Source: Squalus acanthias
Taxonomy: Eukaryota
Assembly (NCBI GenBank): GCA_030390025.1
Contig: JASTWF010000355.1
Location: forward strand, 62,001 to 126,000
Direction: 5' to 3'
Length of the DNA stretch: 64,000 bases
Part shown: positions 22,319 to 33,914 of the stretch, one piece after another
Layout: each line of letters begins with the position of its first letter
Position numbering within the stretch: position 1 is the first letter of the stretch
Translations under genes and position numbers: made by a program
The notes under the pieces: model-generated
Seen by the model: the letters and a program-made list of their open reading frames with translations, nothing else
Database searches by the model: none
What the model was told of the DNA's origin: nothing

Positions 22319-24200
22319 TTAGGTTTCTATCTCTTCTTTTCTTTTTTCAAATCGGCATCTCAGCAACTTCGGGTTTACTTGAGTTCTAGTTAGGACACTA
22401 ACTGCTTTCTCAATGTATGCGGAACCGTCCAGCGAGGTTTTTTCCATGTCACTGCTGACATAGGACACGGGGGCTGCCGTAGGAGGAGGTGGTAAAGGAG
22501 GATATAATCCTCCCTCAGACGGTTCACACCCTGGGCCTGTCTGTCCAGGATCCCGGCAATCCTTTGCAAAGTGACCCACCTTTCCGCAGTTATAACTTAT
22601 CAAGGGTTGCCTCTGGGGTTGTGACGCTGTGTAGGCCTGGGGTACCTCAACTACATGCAGTAGCGTCTCGGAAAGGTCTGTCCATTTCGAGTTGTGGCTC
22701 ACAATGTGCCCGAAGGCTGCTCGCAGTGAGGCCGGAATATTGTTAAAGTATATTTTCTTAAATGCTGCGTCATTCTTCCCGTTTAAGACATTATCATTGG
22801 AGCGTGCCTGCATCATCTCATAAAAAGTGTACAACCAACCCCGAATGCAGCAGAGGTCGCATGAGGCCCTTGTTGAGACTGGTTTAATTTCTGAACCAGA
22901 TCAATAGTGTCCAAGCCCAGAGCTGTTTGTATAGTTGTGATTAGGATATTCAGGGGGTTCCCCACATTAAAGGACATGAATGGCAGACTGGTTGGTAGGG
23001 CCGGGGTCAGGACAGACAATATAACATTTTTCATGTCACTTTCCTCAAAATTAGGATGGTAATTCCGGAACTCCAATATATGTTGCCTTAGCTCTACGGG
23101 GCATGTTCGTTGGTTAACTGGTCCGAATTGCTGTACACATGCCTATAGTTCTGCATAGTTCACGGGCTGGGATCGTTCATAAGTACACACCTAAAGCATT
23201 CCCGGGTGGGCTGCCGCTGGTTGTGCTCCTACATGTGCCTGGTCACCATCAGCAGCTTGTGGCGCGTTAGGAATCACCTGCGTGCGAGTCAGAACATTAA
23301 CTGGGGCTTTAAAGGGTGCAGGCCCGTCCACTGAGGTTTTTACGATATTGTTATCAGCATAGGCTGGGGGCCTCTCAGCCAGGTCGATAGTGGTATACAA
23401 CACGGGGGCCTTTTGGGGAAAGGGTAGCAAGGGAGGATATAGTTCTCCAGTGAACTCCTCACATTCTTTATTATAACTCAATGGGAAAGGTCTCTACTCC
23501 CGTGACTGCCGCTATGACAGCCCGTTGTTTACCCAGCTTGTTTTCCAACGATTGTTTCGTAACGTGGCACTGCCTGTGGTCCGACTCCCTTTGGGGGCGC
23601 TGAAGAGCCTCTCTTAGGGCTCCTCGTGAATCAATTAATTGTCTGGTAAGACGTTCATTGTCTTTTCTTAAGGAGGCTACCTGACACCGAGCCTCCTCAA
23701 GGTGCTGCATTGCAGCACCGGCGTGAATGTATTAATATTATGTTGATGTATTATTGCTGTCGAAGCACCGACCTGGCCCTGAAGAACCTCAACTTGGTTC
23801 TGAACAGCTTCATTCTTACTTTTTAAATCGACAGCCTCTTTTTCCCAGTTTGACTTCTTGCCCGTTAACTTTAGAATCTCATCTATCAGCCGGAGCTTGT
23901 CTTTTTCTAATTTATCCTGATGGTCCTCTAACTTGGTTTTATTATTTTCCATCTATCAGAGGATCTCTTTATCTTACTCTATACAATACACTGCCGCATA
24001 GCCCATCAGCTGCACTGCCCTATCTGGCTTCCATTTCTTTTCCTTAACTTGTTCCTCAATGAACGGAACAACGTCCTCAAAGGATACTCTCTCAGCCTTT
24101 GTTAGACATTCTACTACTACCATCTGTAACTCTACATCCTCACGCTTCTTCATTAACTTCGTTTTAAAGTCTACAAAAAACAATTTCACTCGGCATTCTG
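22319..24200 (-). pseudogene. gag: gag-like polyprotein, fragmented
   Basis: Six collinear minus-strand ORFs. CCHC knuckle with the first Cys replaced by Ser (SYNCGKVGHFAKDC). YPxL and PPxY late-domain motifs. Confidence 0.72.
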
Positions 24201-24335
24201 CTGTACGTTAAAGAGACACTATCTGTTAGATAAACTGACTTTCCACAAGTACTTTCGTTGATCAGACGAAAATCCAAGCAATAATCCAAGCGCCTGCCTT
24301 ATGCACAATGGACCTGGTTTCAGTTAATAGCCGCA

Positions 24336-24354
24336 GCCCCAGGTTGGGGTGACA
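24336..24354 (-). promoter_or_regulatory. Degenerate primer-binding site complementary to tRNA-Lys(CTT)
   Basis: + strand GCCCCAGGTTGGGGTGACA vs the reverse complement of the Lys1,2 PBS, GCCCCACGTTGGGCGCCA. It lies 3 nt from the TG.. boundary of the putative LTR. Confidence 0.6.
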
Positions 24355-25039
24355 ATCTGTAGCTCTTAAAAGCTCTTAATTAATTTGTCCATGACTACAC
24401 AAACCACTCTGGGTAGAGGTATATTGTGTATCAGTAAAACAGGTTTATTAAGCATTAAACATCCAGTACAAAGAAGTAATACATAACAAGAAGATAGTCA
24501 CAATCTGTTCATCGAAACCCGGCGTTCCTTCCGAGTGACTGTGGTGTGGTCTCTTTATTCTCTTGCTGTGTTCTGTTGACTGAAGCTTCTCTTCCGTGGT
24601 TTCGCTCTGCTTTCGGTGTTCAATATCTGCATTTTATACGCTTTTCTCCCTTTTGCCTACATGGCAGTTAGTAAGCAAGCTATCCTTATCTGAGAGCAAC
24701 CTTCACACTAAATTCTCACAGATGTCTTTTTGCTTTTTAATCAGCTCATTGTTCAGCCGGTACTGCATTTTTGAGAAAATAGGGAGTGGTGACTGTCTCC
24801 AGCCCCCTATCTTCATTTGCAAAGTTGCTGAATTTCTTCTTCACCGCTATCTCCTTGTTTACTTAACAAGCCATTTTACAGAATTGCATCAAGTTGGCAT
24901 AGTTTACCATCATGTTTTGCTTCTCAACCGTTTGCCATTTTATACAGGCTGTTAATACTCAATGTCACACATTATAGTTTCTTAATAATGGTTTAAAATC
25001 TTAAAAATGTTTGCTAAATTTACAGGTACACTCCACCGT

Positions 25040-25700
25040 ACATATGTTGAGAGATTGGAGAAGATGGGATTGTTTTCTTCAGAAATGTAAGAGGAAATTT
25101 AATAGAGGCTTTCAAAAATACAAGGTGTTTGAATAGAGGAAATAAGGAGAAACGGTTTCTAGTGGCAGGAGGGTCGGTAACCAGAGGACACCGATTGAAG
25201 ATAACCGGCAAAAGAACCAGAGGGGAAATGAGGAGAAGTTTCTTACGCAGGAAGGGCTCAGGTTCTAATGAATATCTTAACGCACAGGATAAGTTATCAC
25301 TGCCCACTGACTCTCTCATTCCAGTCTTGCAGACGTTGCTAAGTTTCAAATGTGTCATTTTTCACACTGGCAATGAATTGATTGATAGCCGTGCTGTGAT
25401 AAGCTAAGGTTGTTTGGGAGATGCAGTTGAACAAGATATTGGAACCCTAATGATAAGCGTGACTGTTCTGACACTGTGAGCTGCAGTTAAATGTGGGCAT
25501 GTAAACATTTAAAGTGTATAGTTCCACATTTCATTTCCTGCTGACTTTGAAACAGCAGGCACTTTACAGAAGGCAAGGAAGTGCATTTTGTATCGCTGTA
25601 CCGAATGAAGCGCTGCTTATTGTTGAAGCAGTAGCAGACTTGTGGAAAGCTGAAAGTTTGAGCATTGCTTCGCGCGCTTTGATTGGTGGCATTTCAAACA
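25040..25700 (+). repeat. CR1 fragment plus tRNA-cluster spacer repeat, copy B
   Basis: The CR1 piece (GHRLKITGKRTRGEMRR) is fused at 25248 to the spacer. The same composite recurs at ~27200-27756. Confidence 0.85.
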
Positions 25701-25717
25701 GCCCCCAAAACGCACTG

Positions 25718-25781
25718 TTTACTGACCGGGAATCGAACCCGGGCCGCTGTGCCAAAAGCGCCGAGTCCTAACCACTAGGGA
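25718..25781 (-). pseudogene. tRNA-Glu pseudogene
   Basis: Minus strand TCCCTAGTGGTTAGGACTCGGCGCTTTTGGCACAGCGGCCCGGGTTCGATTCCCGGTCAGTAAA vs tRNA-Glu TCCCTGGTGGTCTAGTGGTTAGGATTCGGCGC...GCGGCCCGGGTTCGATTCCCGGTCAGGGAA. It has a 5' deletion and a scrambled anticodon arm. Confidence 0.88.
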
Positions 25782-26549
25782 AGCTCCAGCAAGCATCCTG
25801 CCAGCAAGCAGACCAATGCAGTCTTTCCTCCTCGCCCCTTTGAACTTCAGATCACTTTCACGCCAGGCAAACTTTTCGTACAAGATGACATTTTGTAGGC
25901 GAGAACAGAAAAGACATGTTGGCGAAACCACAGCAGCAAGTGCGGGTAGGCTTCCACTTGAAATCTATTTCCTTGTGTTCTTTTTCTCAGAGACAGAGAG
26001 AGACAGAGACACACAGTCAGAGAGAAGCTGTCGGGGAATTGAATACTCACCACTGTAATATCAAGGACATTGTAGAGGAAATGGTTATGCGGTGCTTGAG
26101 ACAAAACCTCAAACACAAATACAAACAGAGACATGTGTTTTGTGCTGTTTTTGTTCGTGTATGTCTTAGATATCCATCTTCGTTTTATGGATTCATGGAT
26201 TCGTGGAGGCTTGCAGCACAGAGGGAGACATTTCGGCCGGTCGTGCCAGTGCTGTCTCTTTAAAAGAGCAGCCGTGCTCAGTGCACCCCTCCCCTGATTT
26301 TTGTGCGTATCCCTGTTTTCTCATCTTCTCTGTCACTCTCTTCCTCCTCAGTGTCCCACACAAAAGAGAGAGGGAAACAGAGGGAGATCACTATACTAAC
26401 GAGGATCTGGTGCAGGAAGTTGTTATACAGTTTTTTTGTATGCCAGTAAACCTTTTAACATTATTATAGATCATTTTTTCTGTTCAACCTTAACAAAGAG
26501 CATTTTAAGGAGCTGACCAAAGGATTACAATTTTGGATGTAAAAAAAAC

Positions 26550-26621
26550 CTCCCCGCTGTTGAATTGAACCTCTGTCTTCCGCGTAACAGGCGAGGATAG
26601 GCTCCAATATACTTACGAGGA
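26550..26621 (-). pseudogene. tRNA-Asp pseudogene (anticodon mutated to GTT)
   Basis: Minus strand TCCTCGTAAGTATATTGGAGCCTATCCTCGCCTGTTACGCGGAAGACAGAGGTTCAATTCAACAGCGGGGAG aligns with tRNA-Asp(GTC). The T stem is broken, and a T8 terminator follows (A run 26541-26548). Confidence 0.85.
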
Positions 26622-26694
26622 ACTGGCAGATGCAGAGTCTATCAGAGTGAGAATCGACTTGTGAACACAGTGAGAAAGAGAGAGAAGAGAAGGA

Positions 26695-27075
26695 CATAAG
26701 AATAGGAACAGAATGAATAGGAGCTGGAGTGGGCCATTCGGCCCCTCGAGCCTGCCCCGCCATTCAATATGATCATGGCTGATCAGATCTTGGCCTCAAC
26801 GCCAGTTTCCCGCCCGCTCCCAATAACCCTTGACTCCCCTGTAACTCAAATATATGTCTATCTCCTCCTTGAATATATTCAGTTACTCCGCCTCCACAGC
26901 TCTCTGGGGTAGAGAATTCCAAAGATTCACGACCCTCTGAGAGAAAAAATTCTGCCTGATCTCCGTTTTAAATGGACGACCCCTTACCATGCAACTTTGC
27001 CCCCTAGTTTTAGATTCGCCCACGAGGGGAAACATCCTCCCTGCATCTACCCTGTCCGGCGCCCTCAGAATCTTA
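26695..27075 (-). mobile_element. CR1 3' end
   Basis: Reads DRVDAGRMFPLVGESKTRG..FFSQRVVNLWNSLPQ, followed by the CR1 3' UTR tail. Confidence 0.88.
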
Positions 27076-27199
27076 CAGAGAGAGAGAGAGTCAGGGACAA
27101 AGAGAGAGACAGAGACAAAGAGAGAGACAGATAGACACAAAAATAGAGAGAGAGAGACACACACACAGAACGAGACTCGGTTTGACGACTCACAGAATA

Positions 27200-27756
27200 G
27201 TCCCAGGGATGAGGAACTTCAGTTATGTTGAGACACTGCAGAAGCTGGGATTGTATTACTCAGAATTTTAAAAGAAATTTAATAGATGTTTTCAAAATTA
27301 TAAAGTGTATTGTTGTAGCAAATAAGGGGAAACCGTTTCCAGTGGCAGGGGGTCGGTAACCAGAGGTCACCGATTGAAGATAATCGGCAAAAGAACCAGA
27401 GGGGAGATGAGGAGAATTTTCTTACGCAGCAAAGGCTCAGCCCTAAAGAATATCTTAATGCTCAGGATAAGTTATCACTGCCTACGGCCTAGGAACTCTC
27501 TCATTCCAGTTTTGCACACGTTGCTAGGTATCAAATATGGCATTTTTCACAATGGGAATGAATTGATTGATAGCCGTGCTGTTATCAGCTAAGGTTGTTA
27601 GGGAGATGCAGTTCAAGAAGATGTCTGGAAGACTAATGATAAGCGTGACTGTTCTGAGACCGTGAGCTGTAGTTAAATGTGGCCATGTAAACATTTAAAG
27701 TGTCTGGTCCCAAATGTCATTTCATGCTGAGTTTGAAACAGCAGGTATTTTACAGA
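27200..27756 (+). repeat. CR1 fragment plus tRNA-cluster spacer repeat, copy C (duplicate of ~25040-25570)
   Basis: Same junction TTCTTACGCAG.AA.GGCTCAG and a collinear spacer; cut by another CR1 at ~27756. Confidence 0.85.
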
Positions 27757-28372
27757 GGTTATGCTTAAACTGTATCAAACACTAGTTAGGCCACCGCTTG
27801 AGTACTGCGTGTAGTTCTGGTCACCATATTACAGGGAAGATGTGATTGCACTAGAGAGGGTACAGAGGAGATTTACGAGGTTGTTGCCTGGACTGGAGAA
27901 TTTTAGCTACGAGGAAAGATTGGATAGGCTGGGGTTGTTTTCTTTGGAACAGCGGATGCTGAGGGGAGACTTGATTGAGGTGTATAACATTATGAGGGGC
28001 CTGGATAGAGTGGACAGGAAGGACCTATTTCCCTTAGCAGAGGGGGTAACAGCCAGGCGGCATAGATTTAAAGTAATTGGTCGGTGGTTTTGAGAGGGTG
28101 TAAGTGGAAATGTCTTCACCCAGAGGGTGGTTGGGGTCTGGAACTCACTGCCTGAAAGGGTGGTAAAGGCGGAAACACGCACCACATTAAAAAGTGCTCG
28201 GATGTGCACTTGAAGTGCCGTAACCTGCAGGGCTACGGACCAAGAGCTAGAAAGTGGGATTAGGCTGGGTAGCTCTTTGTCGGCCGGCGAGGTCAGGATG
28301 GGCCGAATGGCCTCCTTCCATGCTGCAAATTTCTATGATTCTATTTCTGTGATTCTATTTCTATGATTCTAT
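27757..28372 (+). mobile_element. CR1 RT 3' fragment with (TTCTATGA)n-type tail
   Basis: ORF 27842-28093 reads ALERVQRRFTRLLPGLENFSYEERLDRLGLFSLEQR. Tail TTCTATGATTCTAT. Confidence 0.9.
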
Positions 28373-28993
28373 GTATGTGTGTCACTGTGTGTGTCTCTCT
28401 CTGTCTGAATTTGTTGTTCAGTCCCTGTCTGTCTCTGTCATTCTTTCACACTCCGCCTGTGCTCTGCCTGTCTGAGTCTTTCTGTCTCAGTTCATCTGTC
28501 TGTCTCTATATGTCTATTTCCATCTGTCTGCCTCTATCGGTCTCTGTCTCTCTCTCTCTCTCTGTCTGTCTGGCTCTGTTTGTCTATCTGTCTCCCTCTG
28601 TCTTTTCTTGTTGCTGTCTCTCTGACTCAGTCTGGCTGTGTCCCTGTCTCTCTGTGACTCTGTCTGTCTGTTTGTCTGACCATATATTTCTGTCCGTCTG
28701 TCGGATTCTCTCTGTCCATCTGTGTCTCTTTCTGTATCTATCTGCCTCATTCTTTCTGTGTGTCTGTGTGCCTGTATGTCCCTCTCTCTCTACCAGTTTC
28801 TGTCGCTGTCTGTGTCTCTGTCCGTCTCTGTCCATGTCTATGTCATTCTGTCTCTGTCTGTCTGTTTCTTTCTCTGCCTACCTCTGTCTGTTTCTTCCTT
28901 CTCTGTTTGTCTGTCTGTATCTCTATGCCTCTCTGTCTGTGTCTCTCTGTCTGTATTTCTGTTTCACTCTGCCTGTCTTTATCTGTTCGACTA

Positions 28994-29025
<32 letters not shown>

Positions 29026-29875
29026 TCGCTCTGATTCTCTCCCTATGTTTTCTTTGTCAGTCTGAGTCTGTCCCTGCCTGTCTTTCTGTCTCTGCATATC
29101 TGTCCCTGGCTGTCTGTCCAAGTCTGTGTGTCTGTTTCTGTTGGTCTCTCACTGTACGTCTGTGTCTCTGTCTGTTTATCTCCTCCTGTCTGTCTCTCGC
29201 TGTTCCTCTCTATCTAGGTCTGTCTGTCTTTGTGTCTCTAATTGTTTGTGTCTGTTGATATCAGTCTGTCTCTGTCTGTCTATGTAACTATCTGAATCTA
29301 GCTCTGTCGCCTGTCTCTATCTGTCTGTCAGTCTGTCTATCTGAATCGGTGTCTCTGTCTGTGCCTTTGTGTTTGTTTCACTGTCTATGTCTGTCTGTCT
29401 GTCTCTCTATGTCGGTCTGTCTGTCTATGTCCATCTCTCTGGCTCTGTCTGTCTTTGTCTTTCATTCTATCAGTTTCTGTCGCTATCTTTGTTTGCTGTC
29501 TGCCGGTCTCAGTCTGTCTGTCTCTTACTGTCTCTATTTCTGCCTGTCTCTGTCTCGCTCTCTCCGGCTCTGTCTATCTTTCTCTCTCTCTCTCTCTGTC
29601 AGTTTCTGTTGCTGAATGTGTCGCTGTCCGTCTGTGTCCCTCTCTCTGTTGGTCTGTCTGTTTTTCTATGTCTAGCTCGGTCTGACTCTATTTGTCTTTT
29701 TGCTTCTCTATCTCTGTCTTTCTGTGTCTCTGTCTGCCGGTCTCTCTGTATGTATCTGTCTCTCTGTCTATGTCCGTCTGACTATCTCAGTCTGTCTGCC
29801 ACTGCCTGTCTGGCTCTGTCGCTTTGTTTGGCTCTGTCTCTTTGTTTGGCTCTGGCTATCTCTAACTCTATCACT
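28373..29875. repeat. Degenerate (TCTG)n/(TC)n simple-repeat tract
   Basis: About 1.5 kb of low-complexity, pyrimidine-rich sequence. Confidence 0.95.
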
Positions 29876-29877
29876 GT

Positions 29878-32800
29878 CTTATTTCCATTCGTTTATGGGA
29901 TGTGGGCGTCGCTGGCTAGGCCAGCATTTACTGTCCATCCCTTATTGTATTTAAAAAAGCTTTTAGTGATCAGCCTTCTTGAACCGCTGCATTCTGTGTG
30001 GAGAATGTACTCCCAAAGTGTTGTTAGGTCGAGATTTCGAGGTTTTTGACCCAGCGACGATGAAGGATCGCCGATATTTTTCTCAGTCAGGATGGTGTGT
30101 TACTTGGAAGGGATCTTGGAGGTGGTGGAGTTCCCACGCGCCTGCTGCCCTTGTCCTTCTTGGTGCAAGAGGTCGCAGGTTCGGGAGGTGCTGCTGAAGA
30201 AGCCTTGGCGAGTTGCTGCAGTGCATCTTGTAGATGGTACACACTGCAGCCACGGTGCGCCGCTGGTGGAGGGAGTGAATGTTTAAAATGGTGGATGGGG
30301 TGCCAATCAAGCGGGCTGCTTTGTCCTGGATGGTGTCGAGCTTCTTGAGTGTTGTTGGAGCTGCACTTATCCAAGCAAGTGAAGAGTATTCCATCACACT
30401 CCTTACTAGTGCCTTCTAGATGGTGGAAAGGCTTTGGGGAGTCAGGAGGAGAGACACTCGCCGCAGAATACCTTGCCTCTGACCTGTTCTTGTTTCCACA
30501 GCATTTATGTGGCTGGTCCAGTTAAGTTTTTGGTCAATGGTAACCCCCAGGATGGTGATGCTGGGGGATTCGGCTATGGTAAGGGGAGGTGGTTAGTCAC
30601 TCGCTTATTGAAGATAATCATTGCCTGGAACTTCTGTGGTGCGAATGTTACCTGCTACTTATCAGCGCAAGCCTGAACGTCGTCCAGGTTTTGTTTCATG
30701 CGGGCATGGACTTCATTATCTGAGGAGTTGTGAATGGCGCTGAACACTGTGCAGTCTTCAGCGAACATCCCCATTTCTGACCTTAGGTTAGAGGGAAGGT
30801 CATTGATGAAGCAGCTGAAGATGGTTGGGCCTAGGACACTGCCCTGAGGAACTGCTACAGTGATGTCCTGGGGCTGTGATGATTGACAGTCAATCACCCC
30901 AACCATCTTCCTTTGTGCTCGGTATGACTCCAGCCAGTGCAGAGTTCCCCCTGATTCCGATTGACTTCAATTTTACTAGGGCTCCTTGATGCCACACCAT
31001 GTCAGATGATGCCTTGATGTCAAGGGCAGTCACTCTCACCTCACCTCTGGAATTCAGCTCCTTTTTCCATGTTTGGACCAAGGCTGTAATGAGGTCGGGA
31101 GCCGAGTCGTCTTGGCAGAACCCAAACTGGGGATCAGTGAGCAGGTTATTTGTGAGTAAGTGCCGCTTGATAGAAATGTCGATGACACATTCCATTACTT
31201 TGCTGATGATTGAGAGTAGACTGATGGGGCGGTAATTGGCCGGGTTGGATTTGTCCTGCTTTTTGTGGCCAGGACATATCTGGGCAGTTTTCCGTATTGT
31301 CGGATTGATGCCAGTGTTGTAGCTGTACCGGAACAGCTTGGCTAGAGGTGCGACTTGTTTTGAGCCAAAGTCTTCAGCACAACAGCCGGGATTTTGTCGG
31401 GGCCCACAGCTTTTGCTGTATCCAGTGCGCTCAGCCGTTTCTTGATATCACGTGGAGTGAATCGAATTGGCTGAAGACTGACTTCTGTGATGGAGGGAAC
31501 CTCGGGAGTCGACCGATATTGATCATCCACTCAGCACTTCTGGCTGAAGATGGTTGCACACGTTTCAGCCTTATCTTTTGCACTCACGTGCTGGGCTCCA
31601 CTATCATTTAGGATGGGGATATTCATGGTGCCTCCTGCTGCGCCCGTTAGTTGTTTAATGGTCCACCACCATTCACGACTGGATGTGACAGGACTGCAGA
31701 ACTTTGATCTGATCTGTTGATTGTGGGATCGCTCAGCTCTGTCAATAGCACGCTGCTTCTGCTTTTTAGCATGCATGTAGTCCTGTGTTGCAGCTTCCCA
31801 GGTTGGCACTTCGTTTTTGGTACACCTGGTGCTGCTTCTGCCATGCTCGTCTACAGTCCTTATTGAACCAGGGTTAGACCCCTGTCTTGGTGGTAATGGT
31901 AGAGTGAGGGATATGCCGGACCAACAGGTTACAGATTGTGATGGAATAACAGTTCTGCTGCTGTTGATGGCTCACAGCTCCTCATGGACGACCGGTTTTG
32001 AGCTGCTAGATCTGTTCTGAATCTATCCCATTTAGCACAGTGGTATTGCCACACAACACGATGGAAGGTGTCCTCAGTGTGAAGACGGGACTTCGTGCGG
32101 TGGTCACTGCTACCAATGCTGTCATGGACAGATGCATCTGCGATAGGTAGATTGGTGAGGACGAGGTCAGGTCGGTTTTTCCCTCGTGTTGGCTCTCTCA
32201 CCATCTGTCACAGGCCCAGACTGGCAGCTATGTCATTCAGGACTCGGCCAGCTTGGTCAGTAGTGGTGCTACTGAGGCACTCTTGTTGATGGACATTGAA
32301 GTCTCGCACCCCGAGTACATTTGGTGGCCTTGCTGCTCTAAGTGGTTCTTCCAAGTCGTGTTCAACAGGGAGGAGTACTGATTCACCAGCTGAGGGAGGG
32401 CGGTAGCTGGTATTCAGCAGGAGGTTTCCTTGCCCATGCTGGAGCTGAAGCCATGAGACTTCTTGTGGTCCAGAGTCAATGTTGAGAACTCCCAGGTCCA
32501 CGCCTTCCCGACTGTATACCACTGTGCCACCAACCCTGGTGAGTCTGTCCTGCCGGTGAGACAGAATATACCGAGAGATGGTGATGGAGGAGTTTGCGAA
32601 ATTGGCTGAAAGGTATGATTCTGTGATTATGAATATGTCAGGCGGTTGCTTGACTAATCTGTGGGACAGCTCTCCCAATTCTGGCACAGATGTTCGTGAG
32701 GAGGACTTTGCAGGGTTGACTGCGCTCGGTGTGCCGTTGGAGTGTCCGTAGCCGGTGCCGAGTGGTCCGTCCGGTTTCATTCTTATTATGTTTTGTAGCG

Positions 32801-32982
32801 GTTAGTTACAACTAAATGACGTGCTAGGCCATTTCAGAGGGGAGTTAAGAGGCAACCACACTCCTGTGGTTCTGGCGTCACATATAGGCCAGACCAGGTA
32901 AGGACGGCAGATTTCCTTCCCGAAAGGGCTTTAATGAACCAGATGGGTTTTTACGACATTACCACTACGCTACCGTTCCCGT
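29878..32982 (-). mobile_element. Full-length degenerate non-LTR retrotransposon (CR1/L2 group, second family) with tRNA-like 5' head and apparently no ORF1
   Basis: APE start (PELGELSHRLVKQPPDIFIITESYL, DFNVH, GSSDH) and RT (VPQGSVLGPTIFSCFINDLP, MFAEDCT). The 3' tail matches the copy at 61070 and the 5' UTR matches 57720-58037. Confidence 0.88.
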
Positions 32983-33720
32983 AGTAATCCGAAGATTACT
33001 ACCTTTGAGGTCCGGATTTTAATCTCTTTCCTAGCTCCCTAAAATCTGCCTGCAGGTCAACATCCCTCTTTCTACATATGTCATTGGTACCGATATGGAC
33101 CACGACCGCTGGCTGTTCGCCCTCCCCACTCGGAATGTTCGTCAGCCGCTCAGTGACAGCTTGACCCTGGCAGCAGGGAGGGAACATGCCATCCTGAATT
33201 CACGTCTGCGGCCGCAGAAACGCTTGTCTGTTCCCTTAAATATTGAATCCACTATCACTATTGCTTACCTGAACTTTCTCCTGCCCCCCACTCCCCTGCG
33301 TACAGCTGAGCCACCCGTGGTGCGCTGGACTTGGCTCTGGCTGTACTCGCCAGATGAACCACCTACCACTCCAGTATTTAGAACTGAATACCGGTTAGAG
33401 AATGAGATGCACTCAGGGAACTCCGACACTACCTGCCTTATGCTCCTTGTCTGTCTGACGGTCACCCATTCTCTCTCTGCCTGCACACTCTTAAGCTGCG
33501 GGTGACCACCTCCTGAAACGTGATATTCACGTAGCTCTCAGCCTCACGGATGCACCGCAGTGATGCCAGTTAGTCTTCGAGCTCCTAAACCTGAAGATCG
33601 AGCTCCTCCAGCTGATGATACCTCCTGCTCATGGGGTTGTCCAGGATTCAGGAAGCTTCCTGGAGTTCCCACATGGCACAAAATGTGCATTTCACGAGAA
33701 TGAGGTGACCTGCCATGCCC
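32983..33720 (-). mobile_element. CR1 ORF1 fragment
   Basis: WVTVRQ..ISFSNRYSVL and VVVHIGTND motifs. Confidence 0.85.
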
Positions 33721-33914
33721 TTATTTAATAGGCCATTACTAACTTAACAGAAATAAACTCAAGACTTTTAAATATATATTTAGAATTTGCATTGTTAAAT
33801 TGTTCAAAGCCTGGTAACGACCTCATTGTGTCTGGCAAGTGAGATCCCATGTACTATGAGTTTGTGGGAACACGAGATTACAGGACTTTGGACTAGAGAG
33901 ATGGTGGGCGGGTC

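Larger units (their letters stand above)
22000..25024 (-). mobile_element. LTR/ERV-like remnant: putative 5' LTR, tRNA-Lys PBS, frameshifted gag, no pol
   Basis: Putative LTR at 24358-25024 is bounded by TGTA..TACA and has a minus-strand AATAAA near 24444. PBS-like sequence at 24336-24354. Collinear gag fragments at 24189-22319 carry a coiled coil, LYPPL/PPAY and a YNCGKVGHFAKDC knuckle. Confidence 0.7.

Noticed and set aside
28363..30049. C/L/S/V-rich ORFs of up to 226 aa
   Set aside because: Translation of a (TCTG)n simple repeat.
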